DNA of 58,458 nt, filler included, from Jimgerdemannia flammicorona (lineage: Eukaryota): NCBI GenBank assembly GCA_003990765.1. It is 3 parts of 3 records of this genome, joined end to end, with 100 filler letters (N's around TTAATTAATTAA, not from the genome) between each part and the next. Parts side by side here need not be neighbours in the genome. Positions count along the whole stretch, not along the records: positions 1 to 19,421 come from RBNJ01001942.1; 2 more parts are not named here. The stretch is one strand, 5' to 3'. The notes below the pieces were generated by a model that was not told where the DNA came from, did not search any database, and saw nothing but the letters and a program-made list of their open reading frames with translations. Positions 1 through 12,100 of the stretch are shown piece by piece. Every line of letters starts with the position of its first letter. Position 1 is the first letter of the stretch. A program made the position numbers and the translations under genes.

Positions 1-3000
1 GAGCTGGAGGTCAAGGGTCTGGCAGGGTGAGCTTTGTGGAGAAGGTGAAGGGGGGTCAGCAGGGAGCTGGACTGGAGAGCTGGCTGAGGGGGGGGAAGGC
101 ACTGGTGAGGGCTACCAGGCAGCACCCTCTTGGGGGTACCTCTCTGGAGGGCCTTAGGGGTGGAGCTGGGGGGGTAGTGGCTGGGTCGGGGACTGCTGAT
201 GGGGGTGTGATGGGTGATCTGGAAAAAAATCTAGATGGGACTACTGATGGTGAGCTGAGCAGTGGAATGGGCATGAGGCTTGGGGACCTGGCAGATGGTG
301 TAATGGGACTGGTGGTGGCTCTATTACTCAAGAAGTTGATCTCAGAATTTGCAGTCACAATGTGTTTCCGGGGCTTGGCAGTGATGGCAAAAATGATTCT
401 GAGGCTGATTGCGAAGCAGGTGAGTGGGGCAGCGTCAGTTAAGTTCCTGAAGGGCCTAGAAGGGGTGGAGGTGAGATTTGAGGAGGCTGGGTCACTGGAG
501 GAGGCTTTGAAGGCTGGGATGAGAGTGGGTGAAGTTTGCATACTAATGGTGAGATATCTGCGGTGGGACCCAAGAGTAGTATAACTTCTGGTGAAAGGAG
601 TTCCCACTGTTACTACTGTAGAGATGAGGAAGAGAGTTGAGGAGATTATGGTGGAGTATGGGGAGGTAATTGATATTGGGTTCAGAGTGTGGGAAGGAAC
701 TTTCCTCTGGACAGGAGATATTGACATCAGGATTCAGCTGGCTGGGCAGGAGGCTACTGGGAAGGCTTGGGACTGGCCCTCAGTGATGATGTAGGGGGCT
801 ATCTTGTGCAAGGTGACAAGAGTAAAAGGGAGCAAGGAGGAGGAGGAGAATTTGCTGGAGGTGCTAGAGGAGTTGAGTGGGGTGGTTGAGAGGAGGGCAA
901 AAGTGTGGAAAGTGTTTGAGGTGGTGACACATCTTGAGGTAGTTGGAGGAAAGTGAGTCCGCATCAACAAGGAGACATGGGAGAGGTCCCAAGGGTGTCG
1001 AAGGTAGAGGGAATTGTTGGCGAAAATGGAGGCAGAGGTGATGAGAAAGATGGGTGATAGTGTGACTACCAGAGGTGCTGAGGCGAGTGTTTGGGCTGCT
1101 AGTAGTGGAAGGAATGAGGAGGGGGGGCAGGTGGAGGCTGTAAAGGTGCTGAGCAAGAACCCATATGAAGATGGCACACTGGAGGTTTGGGAGGAAACCT
1201 GGGAGGGTTCACCTTCACCCTCCCCCCTTATCAGAAGGGGTCCGGCGGCAAGAGGTAGGGTGGTGGAGGATGTGCCGATGTGTGGTACTCAGCAGGTACG
1301 CTTTGGAGTCCCAAATGTAGAGAAGGGGGGATTGGTGGAGGCGGCTGGAGAAGAGGAATTGGTGGATGTCCTGGAGGAGGGATGGAATGAGGCAGCAAGT
1401 ATGGGGGCTGATACTATGATGTTGGATGGAGGGAGGCTGGTAACCCCAGGAGGGAAGGAGGTGGGAAACTTGCTCTGGGTATGCCGGATGATGAACAACT
1501 TGGCAGCAGAGGAGCTGGGGGAAGTTGACCTTTGAGTGATGAGCAATGAGCATTGGGCTAGGATCCTGCAGGGTGATGGAGTGGAGGTGGCATTGAAGGC
1601 AGAGATTCTGGCAGTATACTTGGAGGAGGAGGGGTATGAGGTGGATAAGGAGAGGGAAGCTGTACTGGCAATTGTGATAGGTGAGAGGGCGGCCCACTGT
1701 TGGACTAAGAGGCATGGGCTGCAGCTCTGGCAGGAGGCTTGTCTGGAGTACCATGAGGAGTTTGAGGAAAAGGAGGATGGGGAGATGGCTGAAATCCTGG
1801 CTGAATTGGAGGCTAAGAGGATCGAGGAAGCTGAAGCTACTGCTGAGCACAACCTGGACAGAGCACAGGAGGAAGTGGACATAGAGCAGTAGAAGACACA
1901 TCTGAAACCATTTAATTTCTCTTATGAATAGTACAACCAACATTTTTTCTTTGAACATGAATGGGTTATGGGGTACTTATTGACATAAGAACATTTTTAC
2001 TTGGCTGAAGGGATTGGAGGCTGATCTCTTCCTCTTGCAGAATGTCAGATGTGAGGATGACTTGGATAGACTGGAATAGATGAAGGAGTGGGGAGGTGCA
2101 GCAGTTTGGAAGGGCAAGGTTGGAATTCTGGTATGGAAGGGCAGAGGGGAGATACAGGATGTACAGAGCTGGGGGGATAGATTGGTCTGGGGAGAGTAGA
2201 TACATACAGGTTGGGAGCCAGTCATGGTGGGCTCCTGTTACTGCCCTGCAGTATGGGGCAAGTGGGTGAACTGAGTGACAGGCCTACAGAAGAGTGGGAT
2301 TCTTGCAGAGGTTGGGGTAGATGTGCTGGGTGGGGACTTCAATATGGTCTGAGATGTATTGAGGGATAGGACTGATAGCAGCCAAGGTGCTGTGGGGCAG
2401 AGTGGTAGACTGGCAGCATGGGAAGAAGTGGAAAGACTTAGTGCTCTGGTGGATGTGGGTAGGGAATGTTGGGGGAATAGGAGGGTGTACACACACTGGG
2501 CTGGGGGCCTGGGGACAAGAATTGATTGGATTCTGACAGCCAGCTGCTGGGGCTTGGATGTTTGGAAGTTACTGGAGGTGGAATAGTGTCCATGGTCGGA
2601 TCATTGGGGGCTTTTGGGGCAGGGACATTTTGGGGGGAGTGGGGATGAGCCTGGACATTGGCATCTCAATTCCTCCCTACTAGATGATAAGATTCGGTAG
2701 AGTAAATGGGCCGAAGTCATTCAAATGCAGGTGGAGTATTGGAGGCAGGAAGGTGTCACAGTCGATATTTGGTAGATGAGGATGAAGGAGATGGCCAGGG
2801 CCTTCTGGAGTGAGGCTGGTATAGAGGAGGGGAGACAGAGGAGGCAGTAGGTATGGTGGGCATCTCATAGACTATCTAAACCCTTGGAGGACTGGGTAAG
2901 ACTGGTGACATTGGAGGGAGAGGAGGACTGGCATTTGATAAGGCTACAAATAGAGGTGGCTGAACTACAACAGGTGCTGCAGAATGAGGAGGAGGCTAGG

Positions 3001-5663
3001 GTCTAGGGTCTGGCAGCATGGCTTCATTGGCAGGGGCTGGAGGAAGGAGAGAGGCCCTCGAAGTTCCTTACAAGGGCCCTTCAGGTGAGAAGAGTGCAGC
3101 AAAGGTGGGAAGGGGTGCTTAATGCTGATGGTACATTGGTGCATAGGGTACAAGACATTCTTGACTCGTTAAAGAGGCATTGGAGTAGATTGTGGAGTGA
3201 GGAGGAGGGTGGGGTGGGTGCTGAGGACATTGATTATGCCTTGGAGGATTGGCACCCTCCCTGAGCAGCTGGGTTGGATGACTTGGTACTGCCAGTGCTA
3301 GAGGAAGAGATCCATCAGGTTCTTGCCACAACAACCTTGGGTATGGCACCTGGAGAGGATGGTCTGCCCTGGGACTTCTGGAAAAGGATGGTAGGAGTCC
3401 CTGGAATAGTGGAAGAGATGAGGGCACTGTGTGATTGGATTCTACAGATGGGGAGATGGGTGGGAGAACAGGATCTAGGGTTGGTGACATTGCTTTATAA
3501 GAACAAAGGAAGCCAAGAGGACTGGAGGAACTGGAGGCCAATTATGCTCCTAGATATGGACAGAAAGTTGGTTACCAAAGTAGTGGTCACAAGGTTGCAA
3601 AAGGTGGCCCAGCAAGTCTTGGGTGAGGAGCAGTGGGGCTTTGTTGGAGGCCGGCTCATCAGAGATGGTACAGCATGGATACATGATGTTATTGAAGGGG
3701 TACAAGCCAGTGGACTGGATAGGTGTCTGGTCTTTTTGGACCAGGAGAAGGCCTATGACCAAGTGCGACAGGTCTGGTTAGCAAGAGTTTTGGATAGGAT
3801 TGGGGTCCCACAACAGTTCTGGACCACCATGGTCAGTCTACTGGAAGGTAGTAGGGCAGCACTCATGTGTAATGGACATCAAGGGGTCACATTCCCCCTG
3901 GGTAGGGAGGTGCTCCAGGGGGACCCACTGTCCCCCATTCTGTATGCTTTGTCTCTAGAGCCCTTTATGGACAGAATAAGGTAGAAGATAGTGGGGCTCT
4001 CTATCTTTAGCATTGGGTGGCAAGTAGGGGCATTTGCAGATGATATGGTGGTCAGTCTGAGATCAGTTGCAGATGTAGAGGAGCTCAAGGAGACAGTGGA
4101 GTGGTATGAGGCGAACTCTGGGGCTAGACTTAATTGGCATAAGTGTGAGACAATGGTGTTAGGCAATGGTCTAGTGGGCAGGGAGATTATTGGTACGATT
4201 GTCCCTGCTGGTGAGGCGGTACAGTACTTGGGTATCTATCTATCAGTATATGGGTCAGTTCTGCCCAGACTTTGGTGGGAGCAGCAGGTTGGCATTTGGG
4301 AGGAGGCTCAGAGGAGTTGGGGGGGCCATCAATTGTCTCTGGCAGGCCGCATTTCAATTTTGAACATCTATTGGCTGCCAAAGGTGTGGTATCTGGCTTA
4401 TTATCTGGACTTCCCAGCTTGGGTGGTGAGGTGATTGATGAAGCTGGCCAAGGGGTGGATCTGGGCTGGTAGGTGGAGTCAGATTAACTAGAAGGTCTTG
4501 TCCTTACCGGTGGCAAGTGGGGGACTTGGGCTGGTCGACTTTCCTAAGAGGCTGCACTGCTTGAGAGCTTGGTGGCTGAAAAGAGCAGTGGAGTTGAGAG
4601 GGAGTGATTGGGTTCCCCTACTGCAGAAAGTCTGGAAGATGAAGTCCTCTCTGAGAGGTTCGACAGGTGATCTCCTAGCACTTGTGAGCCTTCAGAACTC
4701 TGGGCAATTACAGTACAAAGGCTTCTGGTGGGGAGTGGCAGAGGGAGCCCACCATATTGGGATTAGGTGGCAGGGAAATAAAGAGGAGGAGGATTGGAAC
4801 TGGGTGATGTGGAGATGAGACAGAGTGTTACTAGGTGGTATTCCCTTACTTGAGTTTGACATTGGTGATGGGATCGAATGCCAATGGGGACCAGGCCAGG
4901 ATCTGTGGCCTAGTAGTTAGCAGGGTGTAGGAATTGGTGAGGAGTGGGACTGGTATCGTATATGAGCCTGGAGCACCAAGGTGAGGAGGTGGTTGCTGCC
5001 GAAGTACTGGGTGATCTGGTGGCATATACTGAGGCAAAATGTCATGCTCAACTTCCGCTCTGGTCACCTTGTTGAGGGGGGCTGCTTTGACTGTGAAGAG
5101 TGTTATAATGTAGAGCAGGAAGGGGGATATATACAGATGCCTGAGCATTAGCTCGGAGAGTGTGAGGTACTTAGTTCCTTTTGGCAGAATATTGGAGATC
5201 ATCTGGGAGTGGTGCGCAGGAGAGCAGATATGCGGGGGCGATGGGAGGACTTAAGGAGTAGACTGGAGGGGGGGATGGAGAAGGAATGGCTGATGTTAGA
5301 GTGGGCTTTGGTCATTTGGGTGGGGCTGGCCAGTCACTGGCTATTTGTATTTGAGAATGGGAGGAGACTTGGCTCCGAGGTCAGGCTGATGAGGTAGCAT
5401 AGCCTTATGGAAGACACCTTGATGGGCTGGTGGCTGGGTTGGGGGCTGAAAGGGGGTCGAAGGCATCATTTGGTAGAACAAATCTGTAGGCAGAGTAGAG
5501 GGAGGGTTGGGGTTGTGGGTGCAAAAGTGGTTTTTGTTTATGTGAATAGGTGGAGTGATACTCCTATAGGGATCAGGTAGTGAGAGAGTAAACTGTAAAA
5601 TTTTAAATAGATGGTAATAAATAGCAGAGTCCAAGTGACTATAAAAAAAAAAAAAAAAAAAAA
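1..5663 (+). mobile_element. L1/Tx1-clade non-LTR retrotransposon (LINE), degenerate, 5' end outside window
   Basis: ORF1 (frame shared by ORFs 27, 591, 1014 and 1536; ends 1892) is followed by an APE-RT ORF2, AATAAA and a poly(A) tail at 5643-5663. Confidence 0.93.
1924..5580 (+). pseudogene. LINE ORF2: APE endonuclease + reverse transcriptase + C-terminal Cys/His region
   Basis: Single frame broken only by in-frame stops. APE motifs: SLNMNGL, DLFLLQ, VLGGDFN, RIDWIL, SDH. RT motifs: APGEDGLP, NWRPIMLL, QWGFVGGR, LDQEKAYD, QGDPLSP, AFADD. CEEC near 5090. Confidence 0.92.
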
Positions 5664-6700
5664 GATATGGATATAGCACTAAGTGCCTTGCTGAGTCAGA
5701 ATGCAGTTACATAATACAAGTGTGATCTAATATATCAAGAGATTGTCTGACTGCTGAGTCAGTTTATAGTCATATTGTATAAGGCTAATCTAACTATACT
5801 ATGACTGCTAAGCTATTTATAGGTTTAGACACTATCTGGATAGTCTTCAATGACATCACCATCGATGACATTATCTCTGATAAAGTAGTCATCTAGGAAG
5901 AGTGGTTTGTGGATTACTTCTCCTTGTTCACTGAGATAATAATATATTGAAACTTCATCACCATCCCACAGGATAGCATCGTCTGTCTCATATGCTGGAT
6001 AAGGTGTTGGGGGGCAAAGGAGTGGTGCATCATCTTCGCTTTCATCAGATTCGCTATCTGTATACCTTCTGTAGGTTACAGCACTATGAGTCACAGAGTT
6101 ATAGTATACTGGTGGCTGTGGTTCATATTGCTCATACTTGGGTGGTGGAGTGGTTGGTTCGATCTCAAGGGTTGTCTGGAGGTACAGATTGTGTTCTTCA
6201 GTCTCTTCATTATAGTTGAAGTAATCAGAGATAAACGCAGGTTAGTATTCATACCAGTAGTCATTATCCCAATAAGTCTCATATGTGGTTATAAACTGTT
6301 GTAAGTTCATCAGCAAGGTTGGCAGTGTGATTAGTATTGGCAGGGATCCTTGGCTTGAGGTCATGTCAGTGTCAGAGGGATCATTATCTTCTGCTTCATC
6401 TTCATTGAACTGGATTATATCATAGATATCCTTCATAGTGTATGTATCTGATTTGGGGCATTTGCAGGATGTAGTCATTGGGGTGCAGAAAGGTTCTATC
6501 TGTAGTCTGGATGTACTCGAGGTACTTGTGGTTGAGTTCTTGTATTATATCGTCAATTTGGCCATAAGACAGAGTAGCAACCATTTCACTAATAGTAACT
6601 CAGAGGTGAGGAATAAAGGTGCTGTACTTGTAGAAGAGTTCTCTATATTTGTGGGCAATGAGCTTCTGGTGTTGAAACATCTGGGTAATGTCTGTGTCAT
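5664..6700 (-). mobile_element. Internal fragment of a chromovirus LTR (contains 3' two-thirds of the U3 ORF)
   Basis: Colinear with 7227-8205 inside the LTR at 6701-8689. Cut on the left by the LINE poly(A) tail and on the right by a same-family insertion. Confidence 0.85.
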
Positions 6701-8689
6701 TGTAAGAGGGTTACTTTTTAGAGTAGCCATTATGTAGTTCTAGAAGAGTTTTCTGGAAGTTCTGGATATTCTGGAAGACTGTTTTCTTATGGTCAAGATC
6801 AATTTTGTATGGAGTACGTCCTCTATGCTTATTGATTTCAAGATCAGATTGACATCTCAACCAAAGTCCTTTTTTGGACTAGTTCTGGATGTTCACGATT
6901 TTCTGTATTTCAGGAAGTTCAAGAAACTAAGACCAGCTTAGTTGAATTAGCATATCGCTACAGACAATATCCAATTAGGAAATTTCATAATAGGGTTAGG
7001 AGTGGGACCTAGCGGGGAGCAGATTTACTTAAGAGTGGTTTGTGGGTTATTAAATAGATTTATTTGCTATTCATAATATTGCTATACTAGGAGTAGTTGT
7101 GTGAAGGAATATTATAGGGAAGTGCTCAGAAGTTGTGTTTGGATTGTTTAAGTCTTTCAAGTCTGAGATTCTGAGGTCTAGGAGAGGGGGTATTTATACT
7201 AGTGAGGGGTTATCTGGACTATGCTAGATATGGATGTAGTACTAAGTGCCTTGCTGAGTTGGAATATAGTCATGTAGTACAAGAGTGATCTGACATATCA
7301 ATAGATCATCTGACTACTAAGCTATTTATAGGTTTAGACACTGTCTGGGTAGTCTTCGATGACATCACCATCAATGATATCATCTTTGATGAAGTAGTTA
7401 TCTAGGAAAAGTGATTTGCGAATTACTTCTTTTTGTTCGTTGAGGTAATAATACATTGAAACTTCATCACCATCCCACAGAATAGCATCATCTGTCTCAT
7501 ATGCTGGATAAGGTGTTGGTGGGCAGAGGAGAGGTGTATCATCTTTGCTTTCATCAGATTCGCTGTCTGCATACCTTCTATAGGTTACAACACTATGAGT
7601 TGTAGGATTGTAGTAAGCTGGTGGCTGTGGTTCATGTCACTCATACTTGGGTGGTGGAGTGGTTGGTTCAATCTCGAGGGTTGTCTGGAGGTACAGGTTG
7701 TATTCTCCAGTTTCTTCATTGTAGTTGAAGTAATTGGGGGTGAATGTGAGTTAGTATTCATGCCAGTGGTCATTGTCTCAATAAGTCTTGTATATGGTTA
7801 TGAACTATTGTAAGTTCATTGGCAAGGTTGGTGGTGTGATCAGAGTTGGTAGAGATTCTTGGCTAGAGGTCATGTCGGCATCAGAGGGATCATTGTCTTC
7901 TACTTCATCTTTGTCAAAGTGGATTATATCATAGATATCCTTCATAGTGTATCCAACTTGGGGCATTTGCAGGATATGATCATTGGGGTGTGGGAAGGTT
8001 CTGTCTATGGTTTCGATGTACTCGAGGTACTTGTGGTTGAGTTCTTGTATCATATTGTCGATTTGGCCATAGGATAGGGTAGCAACTATTTTAGCTATAG
8101 TAACTCGGAGATAGAAAATAACAGTGCTATACTCATAGAAGAGTTCTTAGTATTTGCAGGCAATGAGTTTCTAGTGTTGAGACATCTGGGTAATGTCTGT
8201 ATCGTGATGGTATTCAACCATGTCTTCTAGGAGGTAGCTGATCTGATAGTAGCTTGAGATTTGTCCAATTCAGTGGGCCTCATTGAGCATGTTTAGGGCA
8301 TTCCATCAGGCTTCCATGAAATAGAGGGGTGCCAGGCTATGGATATTTATAAGGGGTAGAGGGAGAGTGGCTCAGTTGACAATGGCATTCCAAATGTCAG
8401 TACAGATACAGGTGTAGATCTCAGTGGTCATGTTTGTATGTTTGGAAGTTATGGTTGTTATTTGTTTTGGTTTTTCTGGTTCGATATGTCTCAGTACTCA
8501 GTATATATGTATTTGGTCCTGATTGATAAGATTCTGTTTGTATGAATTTTGTATTCTGTGACTTCATATTGACTCAGCTTTGTGCACTATGACTTCAGTT
8601 TGACTCAGTTTTGTGATCAAGCAGGTGATTTCCAGATTTGTTCAGAGGGTGATGTGTGATTTTGGTGGCTTGGAGATTATATGCTTACA
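6701..8689 (-). repeat. 3' LTR of chromovirus (1989 bp)
   Basis: Terminal inverted repeat TGTAAG...CTTACA. The PPT abuts 8689. The first ~600 bp match 15214-15826 and 54050-54660. Minus-strand TATAAATA at 7191-7198. Confidence 0.85.
7334..8431 (-). pseudogene. 365-codon accessory ORF inside LTR U3 (unknown function, acidic/Pro-rich C-terminus)
   Basis: ATG at 8431 (MTTEIYTC...) to TAA at 7334 (...VIEDYPDSV*) in one frame, with only substitution-type stops. The ORF-track piece 7805..8053 is part of it, and 5825..6094 is its paralog. Confidence 0.75.
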
Positions 8690-8690
8690 A

Positions 8691-8703
8691 CTCTCCCCTT
8701 CTT
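8691..8703 (-). promoter_or_regulatory. Polypurine tract
   Basis: AAGAAGGGGAGAG on the minus strand, 1 nt before the LTR TG. Confidence 0.8.
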
Positions 8704-9118
8704 AGCTTTTGATATCCTCATCAGGGCCTTCTAATTTTGTTCTAATGTTGTTATACTGTTTGGGAGGTCAAAAGTCTGGTGAAGTCTATTTTTCTCAGAA
8801 AGTAGCATGCTCATAGTACAGTTGCCTAATATGTTGGATTCATACGTTAAAGGATTGTGTGTTCAATGTCATACACTGGAAGTGATTCTGATGTCATTCA
8901 CTGCTGGAGAATTTTCTCTAAGGAATCTTCTTAAATGTCTATGCCTCATTTTCTACTAGTAGTACAGAGAGAATAGGCTTGCTTTCAGTTTTGCTATTTT
9001 TTCAGAGGGTCGGTATTCTTGTCTTGTTTTGCTGAGTTCTTGGTTTGGTTTGTGATAATTATAATATTTAGGAGGTATAATATATAGTGTATACTGATGA
9101 TATCAGAGTATTCAGATT

Positions 9119-12100
9119 TCAGTTGTTCAAGAAATCATATTCCTGCACTAAGTCAGTAGCATTCTGGAGATTGGTCTTGGGTTTCCAGGTTGCATCATAG
9201 ATTGGGTAACCTTTCCATTTGACAAGGTACTCAGGGTGGCTCTTGTTGCCATGTTTGTTGAGGATTTGTTCAACTTCGTATTCTTCTTGGTCATTAATAA
9301 TGACAGGTGCAGGTGGTTTTGTGGTTCGGTTTGGGAATAATTCATCATTATTGTCATTATATTGCTTGAGATATTGGACATTAAAGACTGGGTGAATCTT
9401 AATGGTGTTTGGTAGTACCAGTTTGTAGGAGGTTGGAGAGACTTATACAATAACTTCAAATGGTCCAATAAACTTGCTGTTCAGCTTCGTAGATAGTTTG
9501 TGCTTTAGGTTATCAACTTGGTAACCTTGGATGTCTAGTAGAACTTTTTCTCCAATATCAAAGGTTTCTTCTTGGCAGCATTGGTTAATATACTGTAACT
9601 GTTGTTCTTGAGCTCACAATAAGTTCTCAATTGTGATCTGGCTTAGATTATGCATTCAGAGTAGGAATTCTTCAACAGCTTCGACTGTGGAGGATTCATC
9701 AGTAGTTCGGATAAGTGTTAGAGAAGTGTTTGGGTTTTGTCCAGTATTGGCAAAGAATGGGATCATTTCAAGAAAGGCTTGCTTGCTGTTATTATAGGCA
9801 AACTCAACTGCAGTGAGGTGTTCATGCCAATCATCTTATCTGTAGGAAACATAGTTCCTTAGCATTTGTTCCAGAGTTTGGTTCATTCTTTCAGTTTGAC
9901 CATCAGTTTTGGGGTGAAAGGCTATAGATAGTGTAAGTTTTATTCCAAGGTGTGCATGAAGGGCTTTCCAAAAATGGCTGGTGAATTTTGGGTCTCGGTC
10001 ACTAACAAGGATCTTAAGAAGACCATGATAGCGGAAGATGTTGTCAAACAAGAGTGTGGCTATGTCTGGTGCTGTTGCAGTGGTAGTGGTTGGTACAAGG
10101 TGGGCTTGTTTGCTGAGATAGTCTACAAAGACAACAATTGCATCTTTTTCATTCTTGGTTTGGGGTAGTTGTATAATAAAGTCCATAGAGATTTGTTCCC
10201 AATTAGTAAATGGTACTGGAATAGAGTGGAGTAGGCCAGGTTTTGCTAGTGTTGAGGACTTATTCCATTGGCAGACATTATAGGAAGTGATATAGGTCTT
10301 GAGCTGATCTGCCATACAGGGCCAATAGAAGTTTCGGAAGATAACTTCATAACATTTATCAAATCCTAAATGTCCAGCTATAAGAGCATCATGATATTTG
10401 AATAGGATAGTCCTTCGGAGGTCTCAGTTGTTTGGAACATACAGTCTGTCCTTATAGTAGATAGTATTGTCCTTTAGTTGGTATTGATGATACTATATAT
10501 ACTTATTGGTATCATCACTATTTAGAATTTCTCAGAGTGTTTGAGCTTCCTTATCATTAGCACATGCTGCAATAATTTGCTCCATGATAGTGTTGGTAAC
10601 CAAGGTGAGAGTTTGGATAACTTCTTCAATGAGTGATCTAGAGATTGTATCGGCAATAATATTTTCCTTACTAGGGTGATACTGGATTTCATAATCAAAG
10701 TTGGTGAGGACTTTCATCCATCTGGCTTGCTTTCAAGAAAGGGTAGCCTAGGTCTTGATATTGACTAATGATTTGTGGTCAGTCAATATAGTGAAGTGTG
10801 CTCCTTCTAGATATGGTCACTATTTGATCAGAGTATCTACAATAGCTAGCATTTCCTTTTCGTGAGTTACATAGTTAATTTCGGTATCATTGAACTTGCA
10901 GGAGTGATAGGCTACAGGGTGTCCTTCTTGCATGAGTACTGTTCCAAGGACTAGGTCAGAGGTATCAGTAGTGACTTCATATAGTAGGGCAGGATTAGCT
11001 GTCTGAAGTACTGGAGTAATTATTAAGGCATCTTTCAATGCTTAAAAGGCTGTATCTTGTTTGGGTCCCCAATTTATAAGATTGTTGAAGTCTTTCTCTT
11101 GCTTCGTGGTCTAGGGCTGTTCTTCTTTCTTACTATGCTTGGTCATTTGGGTGAGAGTGGTGGTGATTTTAGCAAAGTTGGCAACAAATCACCTATAATA
11201 GTTTGCTAATCCCAGGAATGACTGGAGATCTTTCAGCTTCTTGGGTCTGGGCCAATTCTTGATTGCAGAGATTTTGCTGGGGTCCACTTTGATTCCATTC
11301 AGTGTAATAATGTATCCAAGGAATTAGATTTCCTTCAGGAGAAATTCACACTTGCTGAGTTTTGTGAAGAGTCAGTTTTCTCAGAGTTTCAATAGTACTA
11401 GTTCAAGGTGTTCAAGATGTTCCTCCAGGGTTTTGCTGAAGACTAGGATGTCATCAATGTAGACAACAACAAATTTATCCAAGTAGGGATGCAGGATAGT
11501 ATTCATCAGTATCTGGAAGGTTGCAGGAGTATTAGTTAAGCCAAAAGATATAACCAAGAACTCGAAGTGTCCATAGCAAGTTTGAAAGGCTATCTTGTAG
11601 ATGTCTTCTTCTTTCATGACAATTTGCCAGTAACTATTTCATAGATCAAAGGAGCTTATAAATTGTGGGTTGGTAAGTCTATCAAATATTTCATCAATCC
11701 TTAGTAGTGGGCAACAGTTCTTGATGGTCTGTTTATTAAGGTCATGGTAATCAATGCACATTTGCAGGTCTCCTCCTTTCTTGACAACAAAGAGGACTGG
11801 TGCACCATATAGTAATACACTGGGTCTGATGAATCCTTGTTCTAGGAGTTTGTCAATTTCTTTCTTAAGTACATCGATTTCTCTCAGAGATATATGGTAG
11901 ATTGACTTGAAGGCTGGTTTGGCATCTGAAATAGTCTTGATGGCATGGTCTACTGCTCATTTGGGAGGTAGGCCTTTTGGGAGCTTCTTTGGAAATATAT
12001 CTCAGAATTTCTGGAGTAGTGGTCTGATGCAGCTATCAACTTTGGAAAAGTTTTCTTCAGAGTTCTTGAGTTCTCCTTTGGATGAGTGGATGGAGATTGC

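Noticed and set aside
56..5679. Ser/Pro/Leu-rich minus-strand ORFs over the LINE
   Set aside because: They are a by-product of the G-rich plus strand, with no motifs and no conservation in the second LINE copy.
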